Shown here in pieces: positions 46,764 to 60,011 of a stretch of 64,000 nucleotides of DNA. The stretch lies in contig BCIN01000004.1 of NCBI GenBank assembly GCA_039545335.1, forward strand, positions 362,925 to 426,924. Direction: 5' to 3'. Made by a program: the position numbers and the translations under genes. The notes below the pieces were generated by a model. It was given only the letters and a program-made list of their open reading frames with translations. It was not told where the DNA came from and did no database searches. Origin of the DNA: Kondoa subrosea (lineage: Eukaryota). The first letter of the stretch is position 1; each line of letters begins with the position of its first letter.

Positions 46764-49700
46764 TCAATCACTCGAATCAACATCTGTCTCAAGCGAATCA
46801 GCTAACGCCCGAGTATTTTGCTTGAGCAAGCTTACCCTCCAGATCAGGCATCCCGTCTCCTGCATCGACATCTGAACTAACATCAGGTGATCGTAAGTTT
46901 GGCATGACGGAGTCTTCACTTTGAGCTTCAGAATCTTCCTCTTCTTCCTCTGAATCACTGTGCAGGTGCCGATAACATCAGTATCTTCCGTGAACGAGAG
47001 CAAGGAAACTTACGCTGTGGAGACTTTGCCTTTGTCCTCATTGCTATCCGAATCGGAAACCTCAATCAAAGCGGCTACATATCCCGTCAGATCAGGATGA
47101 TAACGTCGAGCTTGCGTTCTACCCACGCATATCATCACCATCACTTGCTACTGTAGCCTTCTTGCCCTTCTTTGGTGCTTTGCTGCTCGAAGAAGCAGCA
47201 GGCGTAGTTTTCTTAGCCGCTCCTTTTGCTGCAGGACCAGGAGCAGGCTTAGACGATGTTGATGCCTTGGAAGCAGCAGGCGCAGGCTTAGTAGCTGGCT
47301 TTGAACTCCTTGCAGGTTTGGTTGACGAAGAAGCAGCTGGACTCGCTTTGCCGTTCGAAGCTGGTTTGGAGTACATGCCTTTCAGGTTAGCTGCAAAGTC
47401 TGATGCTTTCGATTTAGGAGCTGGTTTGGCAGGGGTAGGCTTAGCAGCAGTCGCTTTAGCTTGAGCCGGTTTGGATTGAGTAGCTTTTGAAGTAGTACTT
47501 TTCCGAGGTGGAGCGTACTATTTGTGCAGATGAGCATTAGTGTTCCAAGTTTCGATTTGGGACCTCACGTCTGAATCATCAGTCAGCTCATCTTCCGCGT
47601 CTTCGTCATGTTCACTAGAGGAATAAGTATTGAGAGCAGGTTTCTTATCCTTGCGTCCAGTAGGAACAACGATGCGGCTGACTGCTACAGCGACATCAAC
47701 AATACCGCGGTGGGCCAAATGAAGGTTCTCCTGAATCTTGCTTGCTTCCGAAGGCGGCAGATCAGCTTGCACATTGTCTAGAATTCGGACAGCTCGACAA
47801 GTCGACGATTTCAAGAACTCCATGTCGTAATATTTGTGCTGACTAGGTAACTCAAACTCTTCAGAAAATGCGATGATGGCTTTCTTGGCTCGGCTAAGTA
47901 AGAAATGAGAAGTGCTTGGCAAGAAGAAATGTCACGAGACTTACTTGATGCGAGTGAGGGCTAATTGAACATTAGCGAGCTTTTCATGAGTTTCAGTAGT
48001 CAACCTTGGTCGCAGTCTAGCTTGAGTCTTGATAATGGATTGTTTCAATTGAGTAGAACCAGCCAGAAGATTAGTGCCGGGACCAAATAGCTGACGAGAG
48101 TATGACCGTTTCATAAGAGTGGACCTGTCGGGATTTGGCAATAACTTCTGTCGAATCTGCTGATGGGCCGCTCGCAGCTCTGTCTGATCCGTGATGCTGC
48201 GAGAAGCTTTCCGAGTGCTGTGGTCTTTTGCTGCCGTGTGCCTTGCATTCGAGCGACGGATCCATTGCTGTATGCGAACTGCTGCCTTGTTCTCTCTTTT
48301 CTTTGATCCAGAGGACTTCGACGATGTAGGTACTGCCATGGCTTCTGTCGCAGTAGGTTTGACCAGAAGTGAGACTTGAATATTTAGCTTCTGCGGCAGC
48401 TGATCGAGTTTGCTGACTGCCAGTAATTTCCAGCCAGTCTTAGATTTCGTGTTGTTGCCAATTCGAACTTCCGTCAATTCGTCTAGAGGACCTCGAACAC
48501 CGGAGCTGAGCAGAGCAGTCTCAACGTCGGCCCAAACTTTGATATTGCTGAATCTATTGCACGCCATCAGGTCCAAATCACGACGGGATTGTCAGAGCAC
48601 CAAACCCTTTGAACATTTGCTGCTTCATGGTACCGCTGTAATTTTGGATAACAAATTTGATGTTCTCCAGCATTGCCCCTTGAAGGCCGGACAGATTGCA
48701 TCCAACTGCAAGAACTGTTAAAAATGGAATATTGCGAATGGACTGCACTCACTGATGGCCAACAAGCGACACCTTCTGCGAAGTCAGGTGGGCTCTGACA
48801 CAGAAGAACAAAATAACGTACAAACGATGAACGAAAACGTATTGAAGCGCTTTTGACTGTGATCGAAGTGACTGACCAGCATATTGCAAGACATCTGTAC
48901 ACTTCTTGCATCAGAAAAGATTAGTATCGCGCCAGGTACTGACCGTCTGCTGCATGAATCTTCTTGAGCAGCTCCATAATCAGGGAAGTGCATACACGAC
49001 GAAGCAGATCAAAAGCAGCAAGATCATGTTGAACAACTTGGTGAAAATGATAGAGAACAAGTGATTTAAGCATCTGCTGAGGCATACGCAAACCGTTGAA
49101 TCCCCCTGTATCTTGCGATTCAGTAGCCCATTTGCGCCTGCCGCCGAGGACTGCAAACGAGACCTGTATAAATAGTACCTAATTAGAAGCCCTTACAGCG
49201 GAAACCTGTTCTTCGGCGTACAAGATCTTCCAAGAAGGTAATCGCAATAGTGATCTCTGTGCTCTCGCTTTTTGTGAGCATCCATCTAAAGCAAGTGATC
49301 AGCATCATCGGGTTGGAATCAGACATTCGGTCAAATACTGCATAAAGACTCTGCCACGTTCCAAAGAATCCGTAGACACTTTCGTTACCGTCCGAGTATT
49401 GACTATGTAGTGCAGCAGATGTTCGACAACAGGCGTATCGTTTTGCATCAGTTCGGGTACTCTGACACTGGCAGCCGTCGTCAAGAAAATGAATTTCCTT
49501 AATCGGATCGGGTCCAAGTCTGCAGCCAGCATGGTATAGGCCAGCAGAACACGCAAAAACCTGGCTCGACCACCTGGGCCATAAGTAATCGCAGCAAGTT
49601 GTGTTGTGGCCAGATTGATGAGCAATTGTCGAATTTGAGGGTAATTGAGATCTAGATCATAAATGGTACCAGATGAAGGTAAAGCTGGATATAGCTGAAG

Positions 49701-52700
49701 GAACAGCTTGTCGCTCCAAATGGTACACATCGTCTTGCATGCCTTGATCTGGTCGGAGCCGTATCCAACGTTTGTAAGGGTCAGCGGGCCTTGACTCATG
49801 TTCAGCATAATAGCCAAGGTGTCTGTCATCGTGGGATCAGGATTATTTCGAGCGTTCAGATCGCATGCTTACCAATCCGCATGTTGATTTCTTTGTTGTC
49901 CAAAATCTGCTCAGGTCGTACATGGTTGTTGAGACATCCGTTCTTTTTTGAGCACTGTCCAAAACTTGAGCACGGAAAGCATCAAACGCTTACATTCTTA
50001 CACTGATACCCGGAGTGACAAAGTCTAGGCAAAGACCTCTAATGGATTTAGCCGTGAGAAGCGCTTCGTGATGCTGTCTGACACATTGATAGAATCGACC
50101 CCCCAAATATTTCACCACGACATGTGAAGTGACCGTATAATCGACTAGAGCAGTTCGATCGAAGTCCAGAGCAGTCAGGCTTTGCTGGGGCAAGTACTTT
50201 CGAAGAGGAGTTGTATAGTGAAAGCGGAAGTGCGATGGAAGACCATTCTGTTCTTTGGGGAATGCGGTTCTATCATCAAAAGCAAGAAGCAGTTGTAGCG
50301 TTGGCAATTGTTCTAAGCCGCAAATCATCATCGCTTTGACCAAGGATGAGTATCTCAACAAAGTTTTGATGAAGAAGTTGACGTCTCTCAGCGGTATGGT
50401 GGCCCAGGCAGAATTAGCGACATGTGAAGTTGTAGCCAAATAATCTGTGGTGGCAAAAACCCAAGGCTCGTTGAGGGGTCCATCCGTTGTCAATTTATCA
50501 GACTCTTGCTTTTTGCCGATACGACATCTCAAAACTTGAAGCTATTTTCCATTTGTCAGAGGTACTCGCAGAATGATTTATCATGCTGACCATTTTGCCA
50601 TGTATAGGCACAGCAGCGGGTGTGTCGGCTAAAATTTGACCTGCAGCCGTCACCCGCTTCACGGTGTCTTCTGACGGAGCTGCACCAAGCTAGTGAGGAT
50701 AACGTCAGATAACGAAATGTTGCAGAGATGAAATAGCAAACTGGGAAATTGACCCATATCAGTTGGATCTGACAATCGAGGCTGCGTTTGAGATTGGGCA
50801 CTTTGACAAAGGCATCGGCGGCCTTTTGCCAAGCACCTTCCTCGCAGCGTAGATCTGCGACCTTGGAATAATCGCCTAGAGCTTCGTAAAGCTCTGCAGT
50901 GACGCTGAGCAGGTCATTCGCCTCAATGTCTAACAGAGAACTGCCGATCAGCCTTTTTGTAATAATTCATCCTTGAGAAAGAGCGATTACTCACATTCGA
51001 CCATGTCAGCTGGACTGTTTGAGAAAAGAGTCAGCGCCAAAGCGAAATTGCCGGTTCGCAAGTATTCAAATCGGGTCACATTAAGCATATCTTGTAAGGT
51101 GGGCGTCAGACGGGACTGGTGTTCTTGTAACAGACGGGTGATGCTGTCGAAAGCGCCAGCGGTGCGATATGAAAGGGCAGCACCGTCATAGTCACCAGCT
51201 TCTTCGTAGCATCGAGCAGCGCCTTTGAGATCACCAGCGCCACTAAAAGATTCTGCAGCATGCTTCCAAGCTTGTCTGGTATTATCATCTGGATAGTTGG
51301 TAGCCGCGTCTTCGAAAGCTTGAGCTACTTCCAACCACTGATCTTGGAAGCTTGCGCGAAGCAACGGATCTGTATTGTTTCGCTGCCGAGTTTTGATGGT
51401 GTTCTTGCGAGCCAGTGCTGGGCTCTGGCTCAATATGAATCGCTGACATTTGCTTAAGATCAGCTTACCTTTGCAAAGAGCCTCCATGTAGAACTTCTTT
51501 GCTTTGCGGAAAGATCCTGCGGCTTCTCCGTATTGTGATCTGGCATCGATGAATACCATTGAATCGAGGCAAATGCATCTAACTATTTGTGGGAACGAAC
51601 CTGTTCCAGTACTCTTCCGCTCTCGCAGCCCACTCTTCTGTGGTAGATTTGACTGCAATCTGTGGCAAAGCTTCGCCGGCTGTTGCAACCTCACAAAGAT
51701 TCAAGGAGTGCATCATCAACTTGAATGGCTCTGCTTTGTCCGCGGATAAATCAAAGATGTAGATCTTGGCTCTTGCTCTCGTCAAAGCAACGTATAGTGA
51801 TTTGAGCTCGCGATTGAGAACGGAATGGCGGAGAGGATCGAATCTTGGAGCACTTGCTCTGTAGCCGCTTTCTTCGGAGCATCGATTGAGAAGAAGCCGC
51901 CAATCAGTTGCTTGAGCTTGACTGTCCTCGAAGAAAGAGACCAAAAATACATCATTGAATTCTAGACCTAAAGAGGAAACTTGGATCAATATGAATACTT
52001 TAGCGATGCGATTTTCTTACCTTTGCTCTCGTATACTGTCAGGACCTGAGCGAAAGTCTCACCCATAATTTGGCGAAGCTTGATCTTTCTTTCGTCGTTC
52101 TTGACGATGAAGACTTGTTCGGCACCTTGACAAGCCAGGTTTAACCTTCATGGATTATATTGTGTAAATTATCGAGCTCACCGAACTCTATTTCACCTGT
52201 TGGATCGCTTGTACTTTGTTCGCTGCGAGTCATTTTCAAGATATCTTCTATAGTTCGCGACAAGAAGAGCTTCGGCAGAGGACCGCCAGAGATGACTGCT
52301 TGTTCATTGTGGATTTTATCAATCGATCTAGGCCACCATTGAAAGAGAGCTTCGACCAAGCCTAGCGAAAAATATAAGTACATGTTTGGACAGAAATCAA
52401 TTGGCTATACTGTTTGCAGCACCGATAATGCCTTGGTGACTGCACAACTTTAGTCAGTAAATGTTAGTGCTAGCCAACCACAAAAGGTTGCTTGCCTTCG
52501 GTAATTCGTCGACAATTGAAATTCTCCCGGCTTAGCGTACTTTCGGCGCCGACGCTCTACATTCTGTTCCTGCTGTTCAAGTTCCCAGTATTGAGCGCTC
52601 AAGTCTTGCCAACGGAAATTAGACGAGCTGATTGTTTGGGCTGCGGAAAACATTAGTCTGGCAAAGTTCAGCACTAGCCTGAGCGCCTGACCTGTGTCAC

Positions 52701-55700
52701 CGGCAAAGAAGAACCCATAAGGGTTACTTGAAAGAACCCGAAGCAGTCTGCAATCTATCAGTAGGTTGTCTTGAGCTTCGTCCACGTAGAGCTTCGCGTT
52801 GAATTGTTATGAGCGATGACGCTCTCGGGTACAGACAATCGACTCACAAACTCGACTTGAGAAGGCTGTCGTTTCTTCATCGCCAACAATAGATCGCGTG
52901 TCCTGAGGAAATTGTCAGATCCTTGTAGAGCTAACTTTTAGAGCACAATAACCTGTCTGCCGCATCGCGCCGCTTGGTCTCTGCTTTCTTCTCCATATAG
53001 GCCTTGAAAATCGTATAGATCCGATCGCGTGCGTCAGTCTGGATATCATTTGCACGGTGCGAGACATCAAGGTAAGAAGCTTCATCTACGAAGCCCTGTC
53101 ACCGTGACATCAGCCTTGCTCCGATGATCATATTGAGAGCCCACTCCAACTGATTTGAAAGCTTGTTCGGAGCCTTTCAGAGTACCAAGAATTTCAGAGA
53201 ACACAAGCTTGATGCTGGAGTCAGCCTCTTAGATATGCGCCTCGAATCAAGCTCACTGCAGGATCCAGCTTTTTTGTGAGGTGCGAAGGAAAGCCCGGCC
53301 ACCAAGAAACGAAGTCTTCGGACGTGATCAATTCTCTTTGCCATTTGATAGATGGATCTTCGGCCGAAGCAGGAACAAGATCAGCAACTGCTTTAGAAGT
53401 TGCACCAAATATTTCCTCATGATAATCCGCTTCCAGTAGATCACACCTATCTCAATTCTTAGCAGCGTCTTATATAGCGAATATCTGCTTACAGTTTGCT
53501 GTAAGACAAGAAGAGCGGAAAGTGGCTGTCGTTCAATTCACTCCACTTTGCTGGTAAAGATGCTTCATTCTGCAGCGCATCAACGTCGAGATATTCTCGA
53601 GTGCCCTGGGCATCGTAGAATCAGAACAGTAATATCGCATCAATGAGTATGCACCTCTTCCGTTGCCTTCTTTTTGCTATCCGCAACCTTGGCAACTTCC
53701 GAATCTAGCAGGTTGAGTGTCTCAAATTTGGCAAATCGTCTGATCAATGTCTCAGGCAGCACTTGAAGCAGGAGAAAGAGGTAACCAACTTATCATATTG
53801 CTCTTTGACTTTTTGTGCCAGGACTCTCGATTGCGTGACGAAAAGCTGGCGAGGTTTTCGCTGAAGACCACTCGAAAGCACATCATCCCCTTGCTTGAAG
53901 GCTACCTCAAGACCTGTGGAGCTCGCTTGTCAGTATCTTCCGGTACTATCTGATCATCTGAAGTACCGATCATGCGGAACAAGCAGGTTGTAGTTTTCTG
54001 TTTAGAGCTCAACGGGAGCACAGTCCTCAAACGTCACGTCTGCTTACGCCAGTGCCTACATACGGCTTCAGCAGGACGATCATACTTTGACAGCATTCAG
54101 CTCACCGGAACGACCAATGACAAAAAGGGAACCGCGATGATTAATAATTTCAGCCTCTTTGAGTCTGTATATATGATCAGATAGTCAGCTGAACTTGAAC
54201 CGAGATACTCACGACACATCGAAAACATCAGCTTGACCAGTGATATCATGCTTGATGTTTAGCATTAGTTGATAAGTCAACGGCACGAACTTCTGCAGAC
54301 TACATGTATAGGGTGAGCGGGGACAGCTAGACAAAGTGACTGCATCGAACATACGCAAGGATGTCATGTAGCTTTGGCAGTCCTTAGTAAAGATTTTGGG
54401 ATTAGAGCAACCATACTCACTGCCAACATTTCCTCTTCCGATGCTGTGTAATCAGTTTCTGGTACCGCAGTGGCCCAGTCCACCTCTTTGAATTCTCCGA
54501 CTGCCCAAACCTTGGGTTTAGTGACATCGTTCGCTTTGAGGCCGCTCCGTCTTATAGGCTGTTCACGGTGTGTGACTCGTTTGATGTACTCTCGATCACG
54601 TCTTGATGCATGAGCTGAAACAGCATCCCATACTATTTTACAGGGACATTTAGAGCCTTTGACAGCATCATGAAAAGATAACTCACAACGATGATCAAGC
54701 GTAGCATGGTTCTCGATCTGAAATCAAAGTCTCAGCATGTGGGCTTCTTTTACGAGTGACATACACCCCAAATTCGAATAATCTGTCTGATTGAACTTCC
54801 GTCGGCATCGTGAGCAATGTCCACCGACCAGACGATTCGAATATCGCCGGTAACTTTGCACTCGAAGATAGGTACTTGATCTTTCTTGGTACCGTGCAGC
54901 GGTTTCATGTTATCCTGGCATGATCCTCAGTTTTCAATGTGTGATAATTCTAGTCAAACCTCACATTGCTAAAGTGGCCTTTCGACAAGTCTTTGACAAT
55001 CTTCGCTGTAACGATCTTGCCAGTCGCTTTGTCCAGTTGTCGCAAGTCCCGCTCTAAGTTCCGCTTAGACCGACGGCGGCAATGGGACAGTAGATGCACT
55101 GACGGGCTCGTCCGTTAATAAGAATACGCCATTCCCCAAATTGATCAGCAGATTGACCAAAATACCTGCACGCAATATCAATACCGAAAGACAACTCAGT
55201 TTCAAGTAAGAAGAAACTCACATAGCCGCTTTGAGCGGAGAAATGCTCGGAAAAAGTGCTTTGCTGTAATGTTCCTCTTCGAGCTCTTCCAAGACCTGAG
55301 CAACTTCCTGAGCCTTTTGTGCGAGAGCCACGGCAGTCTCGGCTGCTCGAGCTGTTGCTTGCTTGGCTTCGAGATCGGCTACTTCTCTCCTGCGTCGAAG
55401 TTCAGATTTCACGACTGGAGTCTGGATGATGGCAAGAAGGTCCTACTGGCAGAATTCAGGGATAGAGAATATGATTGAGGGTAAATTCACCTTGAGGAGA
55501 TTTCGCCTGTGATCTTCGATGATGACCAACAGGTTGTTTGCTTCATCCACAGTGGTAGGTTCAGGTAATTCGAGTTCGCGAAAGAGATGAGCAAAGCTGT
55601 TTTGATGCATGCCAGAATCAGAATGTTCCATCGTTGCCGCTCGTGCTGCGGCTTTTCTTTCTCTTTGAGTTCCACCTCTGTACTGAATAGAAATGAGAGA

Positions 55701-56438
55701 ATCGTCGTCTTCGTCTTCTTCATCCTCGTCAACGACACGAGTTTCGTCTTTCGGAACCAAACTACGAAAGAACTCCTCGACCGATGCAATTTCTCGTTTG
55801 GGCATTTCAACAGAAGGTGTTGTGATATCGGTACTAGCAGTTTCTGTAGTTTCATCATCAATTCTACTGCTTGAATCGTTTGTAGTGGATTCGTCGTCTG
55901 GAACAGCAGAATCACTTGAAGGGTGAACGAGTTTTGTGCTTGCTTCTTCGGCCACAACAGCTTGTAAAGCGGCAACTCGAGCTTTCTCTTTGTTTTCCGC
56001 TTGCAGACGAGAAGAAATAGCGCGAACGAGGTCACTGATGGTGCCGCTGGCAAAGAACCAATTGAGATCTTTTCGAAGTTCATCGTTGTCCAGCAAGTCA
56101 TGCTCCAGCCTGCTAACAAAAGCAGCTAGACGAGCGAGAACTCTGTCTGTAGGAGGCTGTATATGGATCTGAGCATGACAATCCGATCAGACAGGATTCG
56201 CTTACTTGAGGATAGCTCTCAAGGCAAAGCTTCTGAGCAATAATGAAGTTCTGAGCATTGTAGACTGTATGCAGCAGCATCGGCGACCTAAGTCCATGGA
56301 ATTGGGAAATATATACATACAGGCCAAAGTGGTTTCGAGTTGCAAGTCCTTGAAGGATCCACTTTGCACCAGCTGCTGAAGGCCTTGAAGATCATACACA
56401 GGTGTTTGCGACGCTGCTAGATCAGCAAACGTCGCCAT
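46764..56438 (-). CDS. TRANK1/LBA1-like giant UvrD-family (SF1) helicase with an N-terminal RelE/ParE-like domain, TPR-like repeats, an IQ motif and a Lys/Ala/Pro tail; many exons
   Basis: Spliced motifs: I VIGRSG|TG|KTT, II LYVDEAQD, III FAGDT|AQTI, IV LSTNYR, V TVYESK|GLEFNDV, VI ELKSLYVALTRAR. Helical repeats AAESFSGAGDLKGAARCYEEAGDYDGAALSY. Frames rejoin over GT-AG introns where checked; not every junction was verified. Confidence 0.88.
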
Positions 56439-56787
56439 GCTTCGACTGCGCTCAGATGTTGATTTCGACAAACGTAGGGAAATGTCCCTATATTGCAGCG
56501 CGGTCTGCTGTAACCAGAAGATTTGATATCAGGATACAGCCAGGTTATATAGGAAACAGGTATCGCGAGTCGGTGGTCAAGTAAAAGGGCAGCATAATTT
56601 TGCTCAGATAGCACGTAAACCAACACAAGGCAAAGCTCGTATATCCATTGCCAAACCAGCCACTACAGTATTTGCATAACCACTAGATGGAGTTTCTTCT
56701 TCTTATTCTGTATTTTGTTGATATGAGAGTACCATATATTTGGACAAACTGAACAGAGACCAAGACCGAAAGCCACTTCTTCTTCCC

Positions 56788-59455
56788 TTAATATGCGACA
56801 CGACCACGTGTTTCGATGGGTCTGAATGCTGATTGTCAGTAAAATGAAGGGATTTCGGAATCGAAACTTACAGGAATAAAAGGGCTAGCGCACATACGAA
56901 TGATGCACCGCCCGCCAAGAAGAGGATACCGTTCGACGAACTGTTGTTGTAGGGGCTTGCAGCGAATGGGGCGACGACTGGGAGATTAATGAGCAAACAA
57001 ACAGTATTGCCAAAACAATTCGAACTCACTTCCTGATATACGACCTAATGTTGACAGCATTCCTCCCGCGGAGGCTCTGAAAGGTGCAGGGAAGACTTCG
57101 GGTGTGTATGCATAGAGGATTGCCGCCAAGAAAGTCTGTGATATGTATTCGAGGGCGTTTCTAGATTTGTAACATTTTCAGAAAGTGACCGCTATGAGAC
57201 AGCAAGATACTGACAGTCCGACAGAGGCCTTGATGGTGTCAACTTTGAAGTACAGGAACATAGACATGCCCTGGCAAAAATGTCAGTACATGGTTGACGT
57301 GAAGGTATCTTGTGGAAATACCTGCAGACAAGCACCGAAGACCCTATAGTCAAGGTCAGTAAGATTTTGTGGAGCTGGATGAATTGCGTCTCACATTGAA
57401 TACTTGCGCCCAACCTTGGGCAATTCGACCGCAGCAGTTGCCAACAACGAACCAATGATACCTGGAGAATAGATGATGCAGTATTGCTGATATGTTTCGA
57501 CAATAGTTTCTAGTCATCTTGTTCCTTAGCTCACTACTGTAGTGATGAATTTGAAACTCACGATCTGCTGCAGAACCACGTCTTTCGAGGATCAAAGGCA
57601 AAAAGCCACCAGCCTATGCACAAGATTAGCAACGTTCACAAGTCCTAGAACTCGAGGCACTAACCAAATTGAAGGCAAAGAAGTCACCTGAAACCATTTT
57701 ATTAGCAAAATACAATAAAGCATCGGTATTGACGTACTGATGTATGCGATGAAGAGCACACCAAAGGACCATGCCGCAAGCTTGTTGGTGAACAGACCAC
57801 GCAAGTGCGATAATTTGCGAACGCTGCTCTTCAGTACTTTGGCTGCTTGTTGTGAAGTCGTGAGAGCTTTTCCACCACCAATCAGAGCTTGTTCAGGGTC
57901 ACTGATGTATGACATCTCTTGGTTGATAGCTTCGAAATCGGCCATTGTGAGATTGGGTGGGGTGCCTCGATTGAATTTCGCGATGCTGTGCAATACGTCG
58001 ATAGCCTCTTGTTCACGGCCCTTGGACAGCAAGTACTTTGGTGATTCTATCATTGCTAATTCAGCATGAACAGCGAATCTGAGGGAATGGTACTTACCTC
58101 GGAAGTGGAAGACAAAGAACCGCAAAAAGAAGATACCCAGAGTGATAGCTCCAATTGTGATTATTTGATATCGCCAACCCATATTAGATGACTTGGTACA
58201 GCATGGTACTTGTCCGGTGTTGCAGGCACGGAGATCGAGTGCGCAACGGTTAGATGGACTAATGCTTGTTGTCAGACAAACAGCTCAACTGAACAAAGCT
58301 GAAGACCTTACATGAGGCCAAGAGCGATGATTGTGCACACAGTCACACCAATAGGCTGGAACATTGACAGCGTTGCCAGCAAGAAGCGCTTCGATGTAGG
58401 CAAGAACTCTAGGGTGATTGTTGTGTCGAGGGGAATGTTGCCTGCAGCGAAAACTTAGCTGCAGATCCTTTGCTGTAACATTCAGCATACCTCCTAGACC
58501 GAAACCCCTGCGATGGAAAGCTTTAGCAAATAGTCACGCAATGGTACAAGCGAATGTACATGAAGCACGCCAATACGTTGATACCGATGAAATTGCTAGG
58601 TGCACTGCGATTGAAGTAGGGTAAGCCGAGTCACGAGACAGAAGAAGGGCGCCTTACGCGGTTAAGATGCCAAATACACCAGTGATCTGATTAAAAATGA
58701 GCTGGAGTTGTGCGAGGCAAAGTCGAGGAAGCTGACCAGACAGGTCAGATTGAAGGCCCACTTGCGTCCGACGATATCGCCTGCCAGACCCCAGAAGATT
58801 GCTCCCACTGTCAAACCGACATTGATGGCAACATAAATGTCACTGCAGCAGATTCATCAGCAACTTATGGCAATTGATCTCGTGGAGTACCCTACCCTTG
58901 TCTTGTGCCTGGCACTCCTAATTCTTGACTCATTGGCGACAGAACCAGACCGAATCTGTCTTGAAGTCATAAGCAGAATTTTGGGCGGTTCAAGCATTGT
59001 GCCATACAATTGAGCCCATGCAAGATCAAGGAAGTATCTGTATCATTGTAAGTCATTCCTGAGGAGGCTACGTCTTGCGGAACCAGCTAACCCAAAACCA
59101 CAAAGAACTAAAATCGGGCATTAGCCTGATGTAACTGTAAATCGATATAAACATACTCCAAATGCACCATTGATATCTGCCCATGCCCATTGCACTGCAC
59201 ACCTTCATCAGATCGCACTTAACCAAGACAATCGATCTTCAACCGACTCTAATTCCCTCTGCACCAAGACTGATTTTCGCTCATAGAGTGAGAGCGCAGC
59301 GTACTCGTCGCTGTGGTATCGCTATCAGTCACGATGATCGCCGATCGCATGGACTGTACGTACGCCCTAGGCATATTCTTTGGGTCGGCGAGAGCTTGCT
59401 TATCATTCTCTGGCACCTTCTCATTGATGTTGCTGGGTCGCTCTTCTTTCCCCAT
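56788..59455 (-). CDS. Major facilitator superfamily transporter (SV2/sugar-porter-like), many exons
   Basis: MGMGRYQW, LCGFG|YFLDLAWAQ, GAIFWGLAGDIVGRKWAFN (motif A), MGWRY, ESPKYL, LYAYTPEVFPAPFRASAGG, PIETRG. Confidence 0.9.
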
Positions 59456-59824
59456 CTTGAATAGGATTAGGTAAGGAGGGAAGAATGAAAAAAAGGAAAG
59501 GAAAACAGAGGAAATCGATTTGGCCCCGGCAGCTGGTGCCTGAAAGCTTGACTTTTTACTCGCCGTACGCAATCATGCATGGGCGGCAAGGTTCGCGGCG
59601 CGCGGCACATGTGATAGAGCAGTAATTAAAGGGACGACACTTCGATAGGAAGCAGCTCAATAAGTTATGGATGGAGGGCGGGAAAGTTTAGGTCTGCGGG
59701 CCCATTATGGTCAAGTGACAGAGATGCGATAGCAGGCAGAACGAGATATAGGGTCGGGGTGACAGCGAGGCGAGCGCGAAACGCAAAACAGCCAGAGAAA
59801 GGAGGAAGCACTGCATTGTGTGCA

Positions 59825-59854
59825 ATCATCATCATCCTCAACATCATCATCATC
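59825..59854 (+). repeat. Imperfect (ATC)n microsatellite in the MFS/RNH1 divergent intergenic region
   Basis: atcatcatcatcctcaacatcatcatcatc. Confidence 0.7.
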
Positions 59855-60011
59855 GCAATGGTCATAACGTTTTCCTAGAATCCCATCATATATACCATCA
59901 ACGTGCATTTGCAACCACCATTAACATCGTCGGATTTCTGAACTCACTTCCAAAGCGCGACTCTGCTTGACTCTGGCAGCTGTTCGCAGGGTCTTCTCGC
60001 GCGTGATTGAG

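Noticed and set aside
47162..47464. + strand Ala/Gly/Leu-rich membrane-like ORF
   Set aside because: Antisense of the helicase Lys/Ala/Pro tail.
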